DNA from: Squalus acanthias
Taxonomy: Eukaryota
Reading direction: 5' to 3'
Assembly: GCA_030390025.1 (NCBI GenBank)
Contig: CM059436.1
Span: forward strand, 39,308,001 to 39,372,000
Length of the DNA stretch: 64,000 nucleotides
The notes under the pieces are model-generated. The model did no database searches. It worked only from the letters and a program-made list of their open reading frames with translations, and had not been told where the DNA came from. The translations under genes and the position numbers were made by a program. Shown here in pieces: positions 13,291-27,179 of this stretch (positions are counted from its first letter, which is position 1; each line of letters starts with the position of its first letter).

Positions 13291-15979
13291 GTGTTGATGC
13301 CAGGAGCATATATTTTGTTGGATATTTGTAAAGGAACACGTCCTATCCTCTTGTTAAGTCCAGTTTCACATGGTTATCAATGTGACAAATATGGAAAGGA
13401 AATACAGTACATCATAGGGTTAAATTTATTCAGATTAATGCCTTAGCTAATAGAATCATTTATTGCAGTTGCTGTGGTTCAAGAGCTGACTAAAGCAGTT
13501 GTTGAACAGTTGCTTTTCACTCTCGAGCTTTCCCACTGTCTTTAATTTGTTAAAATCATCAAGAGCTGCCTGTTTGTGGTTTTCCTCATAAATTCTGTAC
13601 ATCCTCTTGTTAGCAAAGTGTTGTGTACACTAAATACAAAAGCGCCTTGTGTCTTGGGCATAAATTACCTCTGTGCGTTACTGTCTCTGAATGGGCTCCC
13701 CAGTTATGGATTACTTTGTTCTAGACTTGACAGGAACATAATTAGAGCTGTTGATGAAATCTACAAAATTGTTCCTCAGTGGCTTCAATGGTTCAGAAAT
13801 TCAGCACAGCTATATTTGTCAGCACCAAAGGGCTCTAAACAATTTATATTAACTATATTATTATGTACAAGTCATTATTCTTGGCTAATATTCTTTGCGT
13901 TTTCTTGCCAGTGCACTTGATCTATTTGTTCACATGTAGTTTTTCAGTTTGTAATTTTTATCATGTAGACGAGGGCTAACGCAGGTAGATCGATAATGCT
14001 GATGGTTCATTTGTCTAAGTGATGCATTTTCTTTGGCTATCTCTCAGGCATGCATCCTTGTTTTCTTTTGTTTCAGTCATTATAGAATTAGCATTTTTTC
14101 TTTAGCAGATAAGTATTTCCCTGATCAAAACCACTTTGAATTCATACGGTCACAATCGCAGCAGCAGTGTAATAGGAAACCATTTCCCACCTTTCAAAAA
14201 AAAAACAAATAAACCTTAGGCCTTTCATAACTCAATTTCTCATCAACAGCATGTAGTCTGTATTGTATAACTTGAAACATTTGTTTAAAAGAACTTAAAA
14301 TATGTAGAACAGGAATAGATCACCTAAATTACTGTCCAATGCACTGTTTATTAATTTTATGTGGCCGTGGATCGTAGTGTTTCTGAAACATTGTCATTTA
14401 CTTACATTACCTCGTGGGTGCCAGGGGCATATTACTTGTGCCCACTTTGACAGTTGAAGTGTTTTTTGGTGGTTATTAATTTTCATACGCAATCAATGAT
14501 TGTCATTTTGGAGGGGGAGTGTTAAGAAACTCTGATATGTTCCATTAATTTGTTCCACTGTGGCAGAGCCTAAAACGGCCTACACTGAAACATGCGGAGG
14601 ACAGCTGAGCAGCCGATCAAAAACTTTTGAGGGGTCCGGACAGAATTCGGTATGTAGGATAGAAAGCGATTATTGTTTGTGTGGTCCTGCATTTGAAAGG
14701 GCTTCAGTGCACAAACGGCTGTTTCTTAAAGGATGTGCAGCGTGCAAATACAGTAGTTACCGTGTAATGTATGAACCAAACAAAAATGAAAACAAACATG
14801 AAACCCAAGTTAGCAAGAATTTTAAGTGGCGCATTCTTACAGACACCTGCTAGAAAGTTTTCTGTTTAATGATAACGATCATCTTGGACATTTAACTTTT
14901 AAATGGGCAGTACCAGTAATTCAAACTTGACCAGTTAATTTCGTGTTCGTACTGTATGCGCCCTTAATGCAATATTGTAATCATTGGTTGATCCATTTTA
15001 GTCTTAAAGAACTTCAGAATTTTCCATTATTTTCTGCAGGGGCTGTTGAGCTGATTGTGGCCTGACTCATCCAGAAAGGATTAAAGGTGCAATAGTATAG
15101 CGAATGATCTAGCTCAATAGCATACAATATCCAGGCAAACATCTGTACCTGATATTGATATTCAATATATTGTTTTTCCCTGTAATAGAAATGGATGAGG
15201 GCCAAATGTTATTTTAGATCTTGAATTCACTGACAAACATGACGTTTTTTAATATTTTTTGTTTAAAACAACACTGCATTGTGGCCCCTTCATTTCAGCT
15301 GGAAAAAAAATGCTAACCTTGTCATATTGAGTGCGATGGTGCAGAAATGATAACTGTATGTTTTAGAAAGACATCTTATTTAAATCCTGAATACAGGCAT
15401 GCCTCACATTCATTGCTCAATAGCTCCTGAAGAATTGCATATGGATTAGGAGGATGAATATTCCATTATTTCAGTATATTGTGCTGATCTTCTTATTGGG
15501 ACTTTATGTTCAAAAAAACCTGCAAGGAATTCAGCCTTTCCATCTTAGATAGCAATTTTGACTGTGTGTAAAGCACTTGATATTGTATTATTTGCGTGCT
15601 GGGGCATTTTATTGTGCCTAAATTTGCACTTGTTAACTTTCTTTAAAACACTACTTCAATATTTCTGGATATTAAAGATATCAGTTATTACCAAAAGTAA
15701 ATAAAAATGCATAAGAGAAGGAAATGTAATATTGAACCTTTCTTTAGTGCTAATCCTTATTGAGTAATCACAAAAGATGATTAAGTATTGTGTAGTTTCC
15801 ACATTGCTGATTTTTATGTAGCCTTTAAACCCATTTGTCTGTGGTTTAGAAAAAAATAGTTAATCTTATTTGCTTTTAGACTGTGCGTGAGCATGGGTTG
15901 AAATATCTTTATTTGTATTTCATGCACATATGCATTCTACATGTTTATTATGCATTCATGATCCATAGGTTATCTTGAG

Positions 15980-16240
15980 TAGGTCTGTGGTGATTAATTG
16001 ATTATAATTGATTGAAACATTTTAATCAACAGAAATTTAATCAATTAATTGACTTGTTATCGAGCAAGCTGGTACAGGCGTAGTCCAGTACTGTCTACTC
16101 ATTTGATCTGGTTGTTCTGATCTTATTCTTCAAAAGAATGTTGGGATTGTTGTAATAAAACACAAACACAAATATATTTTTGGCCTTTTGTTTATGAACT
16201 GAGCAAAGGGCATCAGTGATCTGAATAAACTAGGGTTTAT
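15980..16240. repeat. Old dispersed repeat, copy 2 (probably hAT-type MITE relic)
   Basis: TAGGTCTGTGGTGATTAATTGATTATAATTGATT reads as a CpG-decayed TAGGGCTGT..CGATTAATCGAT hAT-like terminus; collinear with 7255-7490. Confidence 0.6.
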
Positions 16241-16914
16241 TCTGCGGAACTACTGATATATTACTGTCATATGCAAGAGGCAGAAAATGTAGTGAACGCG
16301 GAAGTTGTGCCATTTTTATGAGAAATAATGTAGTGAAATATTTTCTAATTATAGCAATTGACAGAGTTCGATTACCAAAATAATCAGCTGGAACTACCTT
16401 AATCGTAAGTAATAGTGTATTGTGAGACTTTAGGCTAAACTAGCTGCTTTGTATGGAAATTCTCGTCACCATATATTTCTCCTATCTCATTCCTATCTTT
16501 GCTACCACCTCCATGGCAGCTGCTTTTGCCATTCTGTATTGGCTAACAAGAGGTGTACTTTGTCGTGTTGAATGGAACCCCCCTGTCAATTTATTTTCCC
16601 CCTCTTAAAAAAAAAGGTGGAGTTGTTAAGAATTATAGCTACTGGCCTGGCTAAGAGCCAATTGAATTTATGTGGCCAGAGTAGCCAAGTCTGAATGCCA
16701 CTCGAGGCTGGCATTGGAGCCTCGTGCCCCAACATGAGAGTCCACTGGTTTGTTGCCGTGCATCTCCCACCAGTCACTATTGTAAACTAATTTAGATTGA
16801 TTAGCTTTATAGGACAAATAGTATTCAGATCAATCTGTTTGATATCTTTTGATGGGGTTTATATACATGCCGACATCACTGAAGACATAAAATTGTATTA
16901 CGGTGTAGTTCCAC

Positions 16915-17218
16915 ATGTAACATCAGCCTCTAGTCACTTGCTGAAGAGCCCATTCTTAGTATGTGAGCTTGACAGTGAATGTCATCGGGCTATTGGAACA
17001 TGGGGGGAAGTCGCATACAGGCACTTTCCATATGGAGTCACATGTGGGCACTCTAACTGAGTTTTTCCCTTTCCTAGCCCAGGGATGCTGAGGCAAATTG
17101 TAACACTCCTGACACCTGGCTGAGATTGTTTAACTCAGCGATCAAACCTGGACTTTCTTGCTCTGTGTGACTCAGTTCCACACTGGCCAGTGCACTTGAC
17201 AACTGAACAAATTGGGGA
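16915..17218 (-). mobile_element. Old tRNA-derived SINE (AmnSINE2-like), copy 1
   Basis: CCATTCTTAGTATGTGAGCTTGACAGTGAATGTC..GGCTATT and CCTAGCCCAGGGATGCTGAGGCAAATTGTA...CTGGCTGAGAT; homologous to 27180-27590 (+) and 53560-53885 (-); antisense tRNA-like head near 17140-17218. Confidence 0.65.
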
Positions 17219-17862
17219 AGTACCAATCTAATTCATAAACGTAGTGAATTATTGAAAGTCTGTACAGATTTGTAATGAACTAGGCTGAATTGTTTTAAAG
17301 GTTATTAATGAGGCATGAGAGGGCTCACTACTAAGCACTGTTGTCTGTGTCTGCAGTAGTTTCAAATAACTTGTATATATTATAAGTAAAAGATTTGGTT
17401 GAATACTTGCCTCTGTGTAGGTAATGCAAGCTAAATCGTTGTTATTGATTTTGGTGGTTTTTGATAGATATTAACTAGGTTAGAAACAATGTAAAATATT
17501 ACTGTAGCATCCAGAGGTCCTCCAGACTGAACTGGGAGATATAGGTAAATGCCCTAAAAAGAGAAAGAATAAACGGAAAATGCAGACAATGGCCACATTA
17601 TGTGCCAGTTCATAAGTATATAGTTCCACTCAGTAAATATATATTAAGTTTTTTGATGTTGTGACAGTTTTTGTATTTTTTGTTTTCTCTATGGTGCCTT
17701 TGCCTTGGATGACACTTATCCTTTATGCATCTTCATGTAGCTGAAAGGATGGGACAGCTAGGCTGCAAACAGCCAAAGCTGCTGTCAGTTTCACTCTATA
17801 ATTTGTTCACAAAAACCATGGGCCAACAGTAGTAAGCCAGTGCTTTTGTATCTATTTCTCTT

Positions 17863-18165
17863 TGTGTGTGTGTGTGTGTGTGTCTGTTCCCCTCCCTCTA
17901 CCCCTGTCAGTACGTGCACCTCTCTTATTCTTTTCCTTTCTCTTCACCTCTATTTTTGTTTGTCTCCTTTCCTTTCTTTTTAGCTTTCTCTTTTTACTCT
18001 ATCTTCTTTCTTCCTCGTTTTTTTTTTCTATATATGACTTCCTCTAGTTTTCTCTCCCATCCCCCCTCCCGCCACCCTCCCCCTCTCACTGCCCCCCACC
18101 ACCCCTGCCGCCACCCCCCCCCCACTCCCTGCTCCTTTTCTTTCCTCCTCTCCCGTCCCCTCCCC
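17863..18165. repeat. (TG)n microsatellite followed by a polypyrimidine tract and C-run tract (G-quadruplex potential on - strand)
   Basis: (TG)~10 at 17863-17883; CT-rich 17884-18057; multiple C runs 18056-18165. Confidence 0.9.
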
Positions 18166-18169
18166 GGCC

Positions 18170-18360
18170 CAGAGCTGGAATGCCTAATGCTTTCCACGTG
18201 GCGCTTCATCTGGTGGCGTGGCCAAGAACTGATGAAACTTGACGGAAGCAGGTGGATGTGAGCCTTGGGAATCAACGTCATAAAGACAAGTGCAGTATTA
18301 TTTCTTTGTTGTTCAGGATCTATTTGCAGCCAGCTGTATAACACGTGTATCTGGCACAAT
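18170..18360. promoter_or_regulatory. Candidate regulatory element / conserved non-coding element
   Basis: Non-repetitive, CpG-retaining block with E-box CACGTG (18195-18200), a CTCF-like GCCACCAGATGAAGC on the - strand, CGGAAG and ACGTCA motifs. Confidence 0.35.
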
Positions 18361-21300
18361 ATTAAATATAAGTTAAAAAAAATGTAATTACTGTTAAAAA
18401 GGACACACTAAATATTTTGATACATTAACATTTTGTTATTATGTCCCTAATTAGTAAAAGACTGCAGAATCAAATCCATATCTTTTTCATCTGGCAACTC
18501 AGGTTTTCTATTTTTCTGCCAGTTTATGCACAAATAGTAATCTGTACTCTGAGCTAGATTTTGTGAATGAGAATTTGGCTAAATATACCTGTAAAGCTTA
18601 TATTCTCACTGAAGTAAGTAAAAATATGAAACACTTTTCAGAAATGTTGCCAAAACATGCTATGTTATTGAAAGAATTAAGAACAACTTGGATCATTGAA
18701 AACCAATTGGACATCTGTGGCATATGCACAGGTGCAAATGTGTCTGTTAAAACAAGTGGGTATTTTACCAGCGCTGGTGACAGTGGCCACTCTTTCATGA
18801 GTGCTGCGGGTACATGTGAGTTCTGACAGTATGTTGCGCAAGTGGAAGAACCCCCTGGGATTCCCACCCTTCCCCTTCCCTAGTGAGAGATTCTTTTTAT
18901 TCTGTGGGTACACTGGCCTTTCTAAAGATGTAAGCTTTCCCTTTTAAATTTAATAGTGTGGTGTGCTGCTGCTGACACGTAAGTGTTTCACATACGGGAG
19001 TTATTTTTTGATTTTTACACATGTGAAATGATGATCCCTTTAGGCAGTGAGATGACCAGCCATGCCCGTAGAATAAACTGTTTTGTACTGTAGCTGAGTA
19101 GTGATTATTGCCAGTTCAGGATATCGCTGCAGCATAGTGAACAGCCCCGTGATTCCCTGTGAACTGACCTATCTTTTCACAGTCATTTCCACACTCTGTT
19201 CCCTGCTTTGAATCCCTCTCTGTCATCAGGAGAAAAAAAATGATTTGAAGATCGCCCAATTTGTTCTGACATAAAGAGATGTTTAGCTTTGTGAAAGGTG
19301 GTGGCAGTGGTGGTGGGCTATGTCTGACTGACAACTGAACAGTGTGTCTGCCGGGGCTGTTCACTTCATGTCCTTTCATATTCTCGCTATGTCCTGCATG
19401 ACTGGTGTTTGATCTCTGCGGCTAAATATCAACAGACCCTTGGATTTTAGAAAAAAAAAATCCCTGGAACTTAACACCTCGCAGTCCTATGGTATGAACT
19501 GAGAACACGGCAGGGAAGCACAGTTATGTGCTATCCTGGTAATGTGGAAAGCACCAACTTTACACTAGTTTCTAAGGCTTGTTTGCGTAGAGAATTGGAT
19601 TAAATTCAGATTGAATTGATTCAAATTTGATCAGTCTGTGTAGGCTTCTCTCTCCCACTTTACAATAGAAAATTAAGCGTATATAGGAGGCAGGCACTTG
19701 AAGTAGTGGGTCCTGCACAGCCTTTCAACCACAGTGTTGTAGGGTACATGTCGCCTACTAGTTTTATTTTAAGAGTGTGCTTCCTTATACAGTGTGTGCA
19801 GAAATCCATTTCCACTTGAGACTTGAAATTATTTCAATATTTTTTTTTCCGGAGGGGAAATCTAGACCGCATTGCTCTTCAGAGTTTATATGATGTAGAT
19901 TGAGCATATTGAATCTAAATGAATAAGTTATGAAAATATAACTAGAAGATCCTTATTAATTTTCTTTGTGTCTTTGAATTGAGGTTGTTTGGGGTCAGTT
20001 TTAACTGAAGATAAATTTTATAGTAGTCCAATACTTTATGGAGGTAGGGGAATAAACTACTAAAAATTGTCATAAGGAATATGTGAGCATTTCTGTTTGG
20101 AGTGTATATAGGAAGTGGGTCATGAAGCAGAGAAATGCAAAATGTAAAGATTCCTTCAGTGTTAAGAGTATGTTGAATAATTTAAGATCTGACATAAAAA
20201 CTTGGTTACTTTTGCCATTTAAAATGTGTCTGAAACACTGTGCAATATGTGAACATATTGTAGCCTCAGATTTGTCCTTTTCTTTAATGCTGCAAGACAT
20301 AAAACTACTTGTAGTAAGCACTAAGCAGAATGGCTAAACCAATCTAAATCATGTATTCCACAGATAGTGACTGTGTTTCTAATTGGCTTGCAGCAACATG
20401 ACATTTTGAATCATCTTGTGAAATTATACAGTACCTTACAGGAAGAAGCTTCTTTAGTTTGTTTTGATGGGAGAACAATCAATTTGATAAGTGGTAACAC
20501 ATCTCATTGTCTCAGATTAATTATACTAATTGCTTGATGTTAGCCTTCAGAACAAGCCGAGCCTGAAGAGGAGCAAGGCTATGGCCCTTTGCATGCAGTG
20601 TGAGTGCCAGTTCCAGTTGCCTGCACACAGACTGGATACAGCATTGTTAGAATTCAGGTCTGCACCCTCGCTGTCAGTACTGGTTCTGCTGTAGTCAAGT
20701 TCCTGCTCTGAGCAGAGCAAATCTTTGCTCAGTTAAGTGAGCCTCAGTCACTGTTGCACTTTCAAAAGGCTTGGCCAACAGCCCAGGTTTGTTAGGCTTT
20801 CGAAGCTTCACCTGAATGAGATATTGACTGGGCTTTGTTACCTGAACATCTCCAAATAACACTGAAAAAAGATTTGATGATTAAATTGTCATAGAATGGC
20901 AGTGTGATTTCAAAGCTTGTGGCCTCCAGTGGGATTGTGCATCTAAGATTTTTTTGATTGAAATTTGCTTGTGTCGGCATTGTCCTTCCAGCCCGGCATT
21001 CCAACTCTTGTGCACTTTTCTCAAGATTTATTTAATTTTGCTTCTTTTTCCTAAGATGCCACCATTGTGATGACTCTATTTGTTGCTTGAGGGACCCCCT
21101 TTTTTATTCTAAAGTGGTGTTTGCAGCCTGACACCGTATCCTGTGAAGCGTTGCTGTGTTGATTAGCAGAAAAACAATTCCCTTGTGGGCGCAGTACCAT
21201 TTTCCTGCCCTCTTGTAAATTCAGAACAGCTGAGAGCCAAGCAGTAACCCTATATATCTGGAGCACCTGGTCTCTAGGATTGGGTTACTGCAACTTTATT

Positions 21301-21999
21301 GTGGTTTTAAAGGTCAGTACTCAGCATGTGCTGCATTTCTTCAGAGGTGCTTATTCTAGCAGCTTATTCCATGATAACACATTTGTCGACTGAAGTCACA
21401 ACTAAACAAAAAGAATGAAGAACATCTCAAGCATCTCACCTTCCAAAACAAGTATGTAATAATAACCAGCTCTGCCTTTGATGCATAGTACAGTGCCTTT
21501 AAATGTACTGTAGGAAAGGTGATGTCAGATGTAATGATACTCAATTTTAAAAGTTACATTTGGTGTCTAACTTTGTAATAGAAGCAGTCAGAAGAATTGT
21601 TGTATTAATGCATTATCCCCTGCTTTCAGGTGCAATGTTATAGCTTCACACCAGGAACGTCTTTAATGGGAAACCACTGTAGCAAGCAAAAACTTCCTCT
21701 TATCGAATCATCTTTGTCGATCGAATACCAGAATGTACAGGGAATGAGTTCGTGCCTCAGCAAATGCTCCCTTAATTGTGCATTAGCATCAATAGAATGT
21801 CTGTTAAATGACATGAACTGTGTCAATGTAAATTTTGATTATTTTTTCACACCTTTGTTCACTTTTTATTTTTTCTTCTCCTTCTTCTCCCCACCCCTCC
21901 ATAGCCACAGTTTTTTTTGGGTGGTGAGGGGGTTTGAGGCAAACTTCCCCATGCCCTGATCAGCATTGCTCTTCAGTTCACCAACCAGGAAATATACCT

Positions 22000-22113
22000 G
22001 GGGGTAATTTAAATCTAACCCGCTCAGGATCGGCTCGGCTTGCAATGGAAAGTAAAATCGGACGGGGTGTCCGACCTGATCCCCTCAGGGCAGGTTAGGT
22101 TCAAATTCACCCC
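22000..22113. mobile_element. Very short palindromic MITE
   Basis: GGGGGTAATTTAAATCTAACCCGCTCAGGATCGG.. versus the right end reverse complement GGGGTGAATTTGAACCTAACCTGCCCTGAGGGGATCAGG. Confidence 0.75.
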
Positions 22114-23834
22114 TAGGCTTCTGGGAAGGTATCCAATTCTATCTTCCTTTGCATCAAAAATTTTAATGTGCTTTGGGGAGAGTGGGATTCGTTTTGGATT
22201 GCTGTAAAAAAAATTCGGCATAGGTGTGATGGTCCATACAGCCTCGTTCTGTACTGTAAACTTTAATGGTTGACGCACCTCACTCAACCCAGATTATCTG
22301 GCCAGGAATGGCAACACTGGCCTTGTAAGGTAAGACCGAGTACAGGTCAGTTCCAAGTCAGTGGAAACTGAGAATCTGAACTACGATGTTGCATTTGAAA
22401 GTACAACACAGTTACTTTGAGCAGGAACCCGATCTCTAGTTTGTTGGAGGAAAGGCAGACAAAAGTATATGTAAAAAAAATATTCTTCTGGCCTATTGTT
22501 GTATAGTGTTTGATCTATCAGCCCAGCTGAGAACTGGCAAAACCTTTTCAATGGGCAAATCTGAATTCATAATCTTCTGAATTAGGAATTCTGTGCTCTA
22601 GAATAGAGCTACTACCATAGGCCACCATTTGTAGGATAAATCCTTCACATCTGTTTGAATTTGCTCCATCTTATTGCCAGGAAAGCAGATATATTCCACC
22701 AAATGTTACAGCTTTGCGCTATAATAGAAGTAAGTGCTTCCTAAAAGCATATCTTCTCTTGCCCAATAATAGAGAAGTCCACAGCCAAAATTGCCTAATC
22801 AGTGGCTTAGCCATGTATAAAGAGTTGGTTGGGAGGGGGGCGTATATCAGATAGTAATCTAGAATTTTGGAGCTGGGGAAAGAGGGAGACATAAGCTATG
22901 ACAAAAACATTTTTTATAGGGGGGTGGGGGAATACTTCCCCATCTCGCCAACCCTCATGAAGTTGTGTCTACGGCCCAGATTGAAAGAGCTTGAGTGGTG
23001 TGTGGCCTCTGGAGAAATGGAGAAAAAATGATGAGAGTTCAAATAAGTCTGTGACAATCAATGAAAGAGAAAAACTGAATCTTAAAGTCAAGAAAAACTT
23101 CTGAGGACACATTGCAACTTTGAATGTACTAATCACAGTGCTTTTTGACTTAAATTATTTTAAACAGCAAAGCAGTAACACTGCGTTTGTCCTTTCTTCA
23201 CGATGGGCAACGTTAGAGCTTCTACACATTGAATCAGTTGCAGTATCCATGTTCCACCATTGAGGTCAGTATTCATTGACATGGCTAAAGCTCCATCAAT
23301 CCACCCTGGTTATTTTGACAGTTTGTCTTTTGTGTTGTTTCTACTGTGCCTTGCCTACCTCCATCTTGTCAGTATGATTAAATTTGGCAGATGGCACTTT
23401 CTAGGCCAATAAATTAACATTGTGTTGAACTTTGATACAGTGTGTGGTGCAGGTTATAATTTAACAGTACATGCTCAGAGGTCATTTTCAATTATGATAA
23501 GGTTGAGACTATGTTGTAGCTCCTTATTTTTGCCATAGTTTTAATTTCGTAGATGAAAAATATCTCCAAAGTTTAAAATCCCCATGAATATTTTTTAAGC
23601 CAATTAAAACACAAAATGGTGAAAACAATAAAGCTGAAAAGCCAAAAGACTTCCATATATTCCATAAAAAAGAATGTGTTATTTGTACTTGAACTTGTGT
23701 AAAATTAAGAGTATTCAGATTAATGGAGATTCAGATTACCCAAAATTTGTTCTGACTCTGATTCTAAAGATAAAAAATAAAATGCGTTTAAGTGGGTAGA
23801 ACTGGCAAACCTTCTAGGATCACCTCAAAAGTCA

Positions 23835-24230
23835 AGAACCTATAGAACCATAAAGGAGCCCATTCAGCCAGTTATGTTTGTGTTGTCTTCATCAATCCAA
23901 AACCAATCCTATTGCCCGGCTCTCTTTTCATAGACCTTTATATTCCTCTGCTTCAAATATTTATCCAATTTTCCCTTAAAAGATGCAATAGTCTGTTCAA
24001 CCACTCCCTGTGACAAAGTATTACATGTTCCTACAAGTCTCTGTGTAAAGAACTTACCCCTACCCTTTTTCCTCACTCTCTTACTGGCAATTTCAAATTG
24101 TTGACCCCTCATTACAGACTCCACAACCTGAGGAAATAGTCTTTCCCTATTTACGCCTGTCTAAACTGTTCATAATTTTAAAAACTTCCATTAAATTTCC
24201 TCTTAACCTTCTCTGCTTTATTGGAAATAG
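23835..24230 (-). mobile_element. CR1 LINE 3' fragment (older subfamily)
   Basis: ORF 23909-24124 (-) contains FFTQRLVGTCNTLSQGVVE.TIASFKGKLDKYLK, the CR1 ORF2 C-terminus; AGAACC(A)TA tail. Confidence 0.85.
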
Positions 24231-24231
24231 T

Positions 24232-24560
24232 CATACGAACATATGAAAATGACGGACATGAAAAGACCCACTGGTCCATCTAGCCTGTCCCATATAGTTG
24301 TGATGCCCCATGTATCACGATGTAGACACTCCCTACCCACCGAAGCCACATAATCCCCGGGAGAGGCTAAAATCCAGACAAAAACCCAGGCCAGTTGGGG
24401 AAAAAAATCTGGAAAATTCCTCTCTGATCCCCTTTAAGCAATCAATACTAGTCCAGGAGATCCAATTGACCCTAATTTATATTACAGGGTACCTACCTCT
24501 TGTATGAGTTGATTGCCACCCCAGCCAGAACCAGGTCCAGCTCTCTCTCTATGCACTCTG
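24232..24560 (-). mobile_element. CR1 LINE long 3' UTR fragment (different subfamily)
   Basis: CATACGAACATATGAA tail followed by GACCCACTGGTCCATCTAGCC and GGAAAATTCCTCTCTGATCCCC..GCAATC, a CR1 3' UTR motif. Confidence 0.65.
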
Positions 24561-24668
24561 TGGCGTTAATGGCTTGATAAACTCTGTAGGCTTCATTTTT
24601 TTAATAATTCACAAATACTAATTAAATCTCTGCTGCTAACACTACATGTGGAGGAGAACTGACACAAA

Positions 24669-25001
24669 GGGCTGAATATTCCGTCAGGGCAGATTCACTG
24701 CTGGAGGAAGGTTAGGGTGAGACTTCTGTATGCCACACCAATCCCTCTATGACCCCTGGTTCCGTGGTCAGGGGCTCATTAGTGATGCAGAGCGGACTCC
24801 TGGCCAGATCTCTGCCACATAGAGGTAGCCTGTCACTGCCCCAGGATGTACCATCACCCCTCTACTGATTGGTTGGCGGTGGCAGCGGGCGTATGGAAGC
24901 GAATCAAAGTTAGTTTGTGAAATCTGGTTCCCTATCATGTGGTGGGTTAGTCAAGGGACAGCTATCACAATTTCAGGCTATAGCAGAGGAAAATCCAACC
25001 C
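24669..25001. mobile_element. Decayed MITE
   Basis: GC-richer block bounded by imperfect TIRs GGGCTGAATATTCC / GGAAAATCCAACCC. Confidence 0.5.
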
Positions 25002-25486
25002 AGTAAACAGTAAGTAAGCCTTTTATTAAGGAAAGTTCCATTTTTTAGCAACACATTCGGAATCCAAATAATAATCGATTAATTTATTTAAACTTCTGCC
25101 CTAATTCAGATTGATTTGGATTTGGAGCCGTTTTGTTGCTCATCCCAATTGGAATTTTGTCTTTCATCTTAGAATTGTCTCAAAAAATGCAATGTTTTTA
25201 AATAAGAATGTAATTATTAATAAATTCTAAATACTCTTTACAGTCAGCGCAACAGAATGGATAAGAATTGTAGTGTTCTGCTTAGTTATAGTTTACTGTA
25301 AGGTACTACAGGTTAGAGCGAAGTTTACTGTTGCTCTGATTATAGGTTTTAAGATCTTTTTAACCCCATAAAGAATTTTTATTAAATCCTGGGAAAATAT
25401 CTATTTTTGAGTATTAAATAACATCAACAGAAGAAAATATAACTTAAATGTGTTATTCCTAGACTTTGGTCTTTAAAGGATTTAAA

Positions 25487-26116
25487 ACATAGAAGCATAG
25501 AAGATAGGAGCAGGAGGCCATTCGGCCCCTCGAGCCTGTTCCGCCATTTAATGAGATCATGGCTGATCATCCAAACTCAGTACCCTGTCCCTGCCTTCTC
25601 CCCATATCCCTTGATCCCTTTAGCCTTAAGAAATATATCTAACTCCTTCTTGAATATATTTAATGAATTGGCCTCAACTGCCTTCTGTGGTAGAGAATTC
25701 CACAGGTTCACCACTCTCTGGGTGAAGAAATTCCTCCTCATCTCAGTCCTAAATGGCTTACCCCTTATCCTTAGACTGTGACCCCTGGTTCTGGACTCCC
25801 CCACCATCGGGAACATCCTTCTTGCATCTAGTCTGTCTAGTCCTGTTAGAATTTTATAAGTTTCAATGAGATCCCCTCTCATTCTTCTAAACTCTAGCGA
25901 ATATAAGCCTAATCGACCCAATCTCTCCTCATACGTCATTCCTGCCATCCTGGTGAATCTTCGCTGCACTCTCTCCATGGCAAGAACATCCTTCCTCAGA
26001 TAAGGTGACCAAAACTGCACACAATACTCAAGGTGTGGACTCACCAAGGCCCTGTACAACTGCAGCAAGACATCCTTGCTCCTGTACTCGAATCCTCTCG
26101 CTATGAAGGCCAACAA
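25487..26116 (-). mobile_element. CR1 LINE, 5'-truncated, ORF2 C-terminal 179 codons open
   Basis: ORF 25577-26116: LYRALVSPHLEYCVQFWSPYLRKD...RRMRGDLIETYKIL...FFTQRVVNLWNSLP; (CATAGAA)n tail on the + strand at 25488-25503. Confidence 0.95.
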
Positions 26117-27179
26117 AGTTTGTGTATTTTTAGTTGACCTAGGTCAGACATCTCAAATTAAGGCTTTAGTCATACTACAGCTACGGGTCTCAGACCAGTA
26201 CCTGATGAACAACTGGCAGCCACAAATTATACTGCTAACTGCACCTTGCACTCAACTCAGTGACAAAGGACATCTGTGTGTGCGTTCTCCACAGGAAGCC
26301 AGTTTTTCATATCAGTGGAACGATGCAGATGTGTCTATTTTCCCCTAATATTAAAAACAATGAAACATAAAGTCTGTAAGGTTGCTGAGAGGTCCAGTGG
26401 ACGACCTGGATATATTCAAATTCTGGCTTTGCTAGTAGCTGGAGCTATACTTCACCTGGTATGACATTCAAATAATGTGTGGTTACCTATTGGGCTTGGT
26501 CTCACGTCCTTTACTTCAGTGTGCTTGAGAGTCAGGTGCTAATGTGAGTCCTGAGTTAAGTTGCCACCCTTGTGCCAGTGTGCACCCAAATCTGCTTTGC
26601 ATTGATGCAAAAATGGCAGTATTACTTCAGCTTTAACCTTTGAAATTCTGTTAGCTCTCATTAGGTTAATAGTGGTTTGCTAATCATTTGAACGAAGCAG
26701 TGAGAACTATATTGTAGAATCTATCTGAGGAGAGTAACCGGTTTATGTGTAATATTTAATATTTATATCAAAACAAACATTTAAATATATATTTATATCT
26801 CTCTTGTGTAGACTAATAAAGGTCTTTTACTTGGTTATATTTTTGAGAGAGATATATGCTGTAACAGAGACAATAAGCAACAAGTTAATTTGAGCCTTAG
26901 AAACAATAATTGGTTGCATGGGTATTAGCAAGAACATTTATCAACTGGCTGTCAATTTTAGCAGCTTTTGATTCTGTATAGGATAAGTAAATATAATCAA
27001 ACAGTTGACTATAAATATTAAACCCTGTCGAGAAATTTAATTGACTGTTCATTTTGAAGATCATCACTAGAGTTCCTGTATTAGGTAATCTCTTTACATC
27101 ATTGGAAATAAAATTATTTACTGATTTGTTGTAAATCTAGGAATTAAAAGCAAGCAGAATTAAGCCCCCCTCCTCCCTT

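Noticed and set aside
17862-18359. Phe/Pro-rich and Gly/Arg-rich ORFs
   Set aside because: Translations of low-complexity tracts
22200-22460. Possible very old antisense SINE
   Set aside because: Only a weak tRNA-head-like end; no second copy in the window to confirm it
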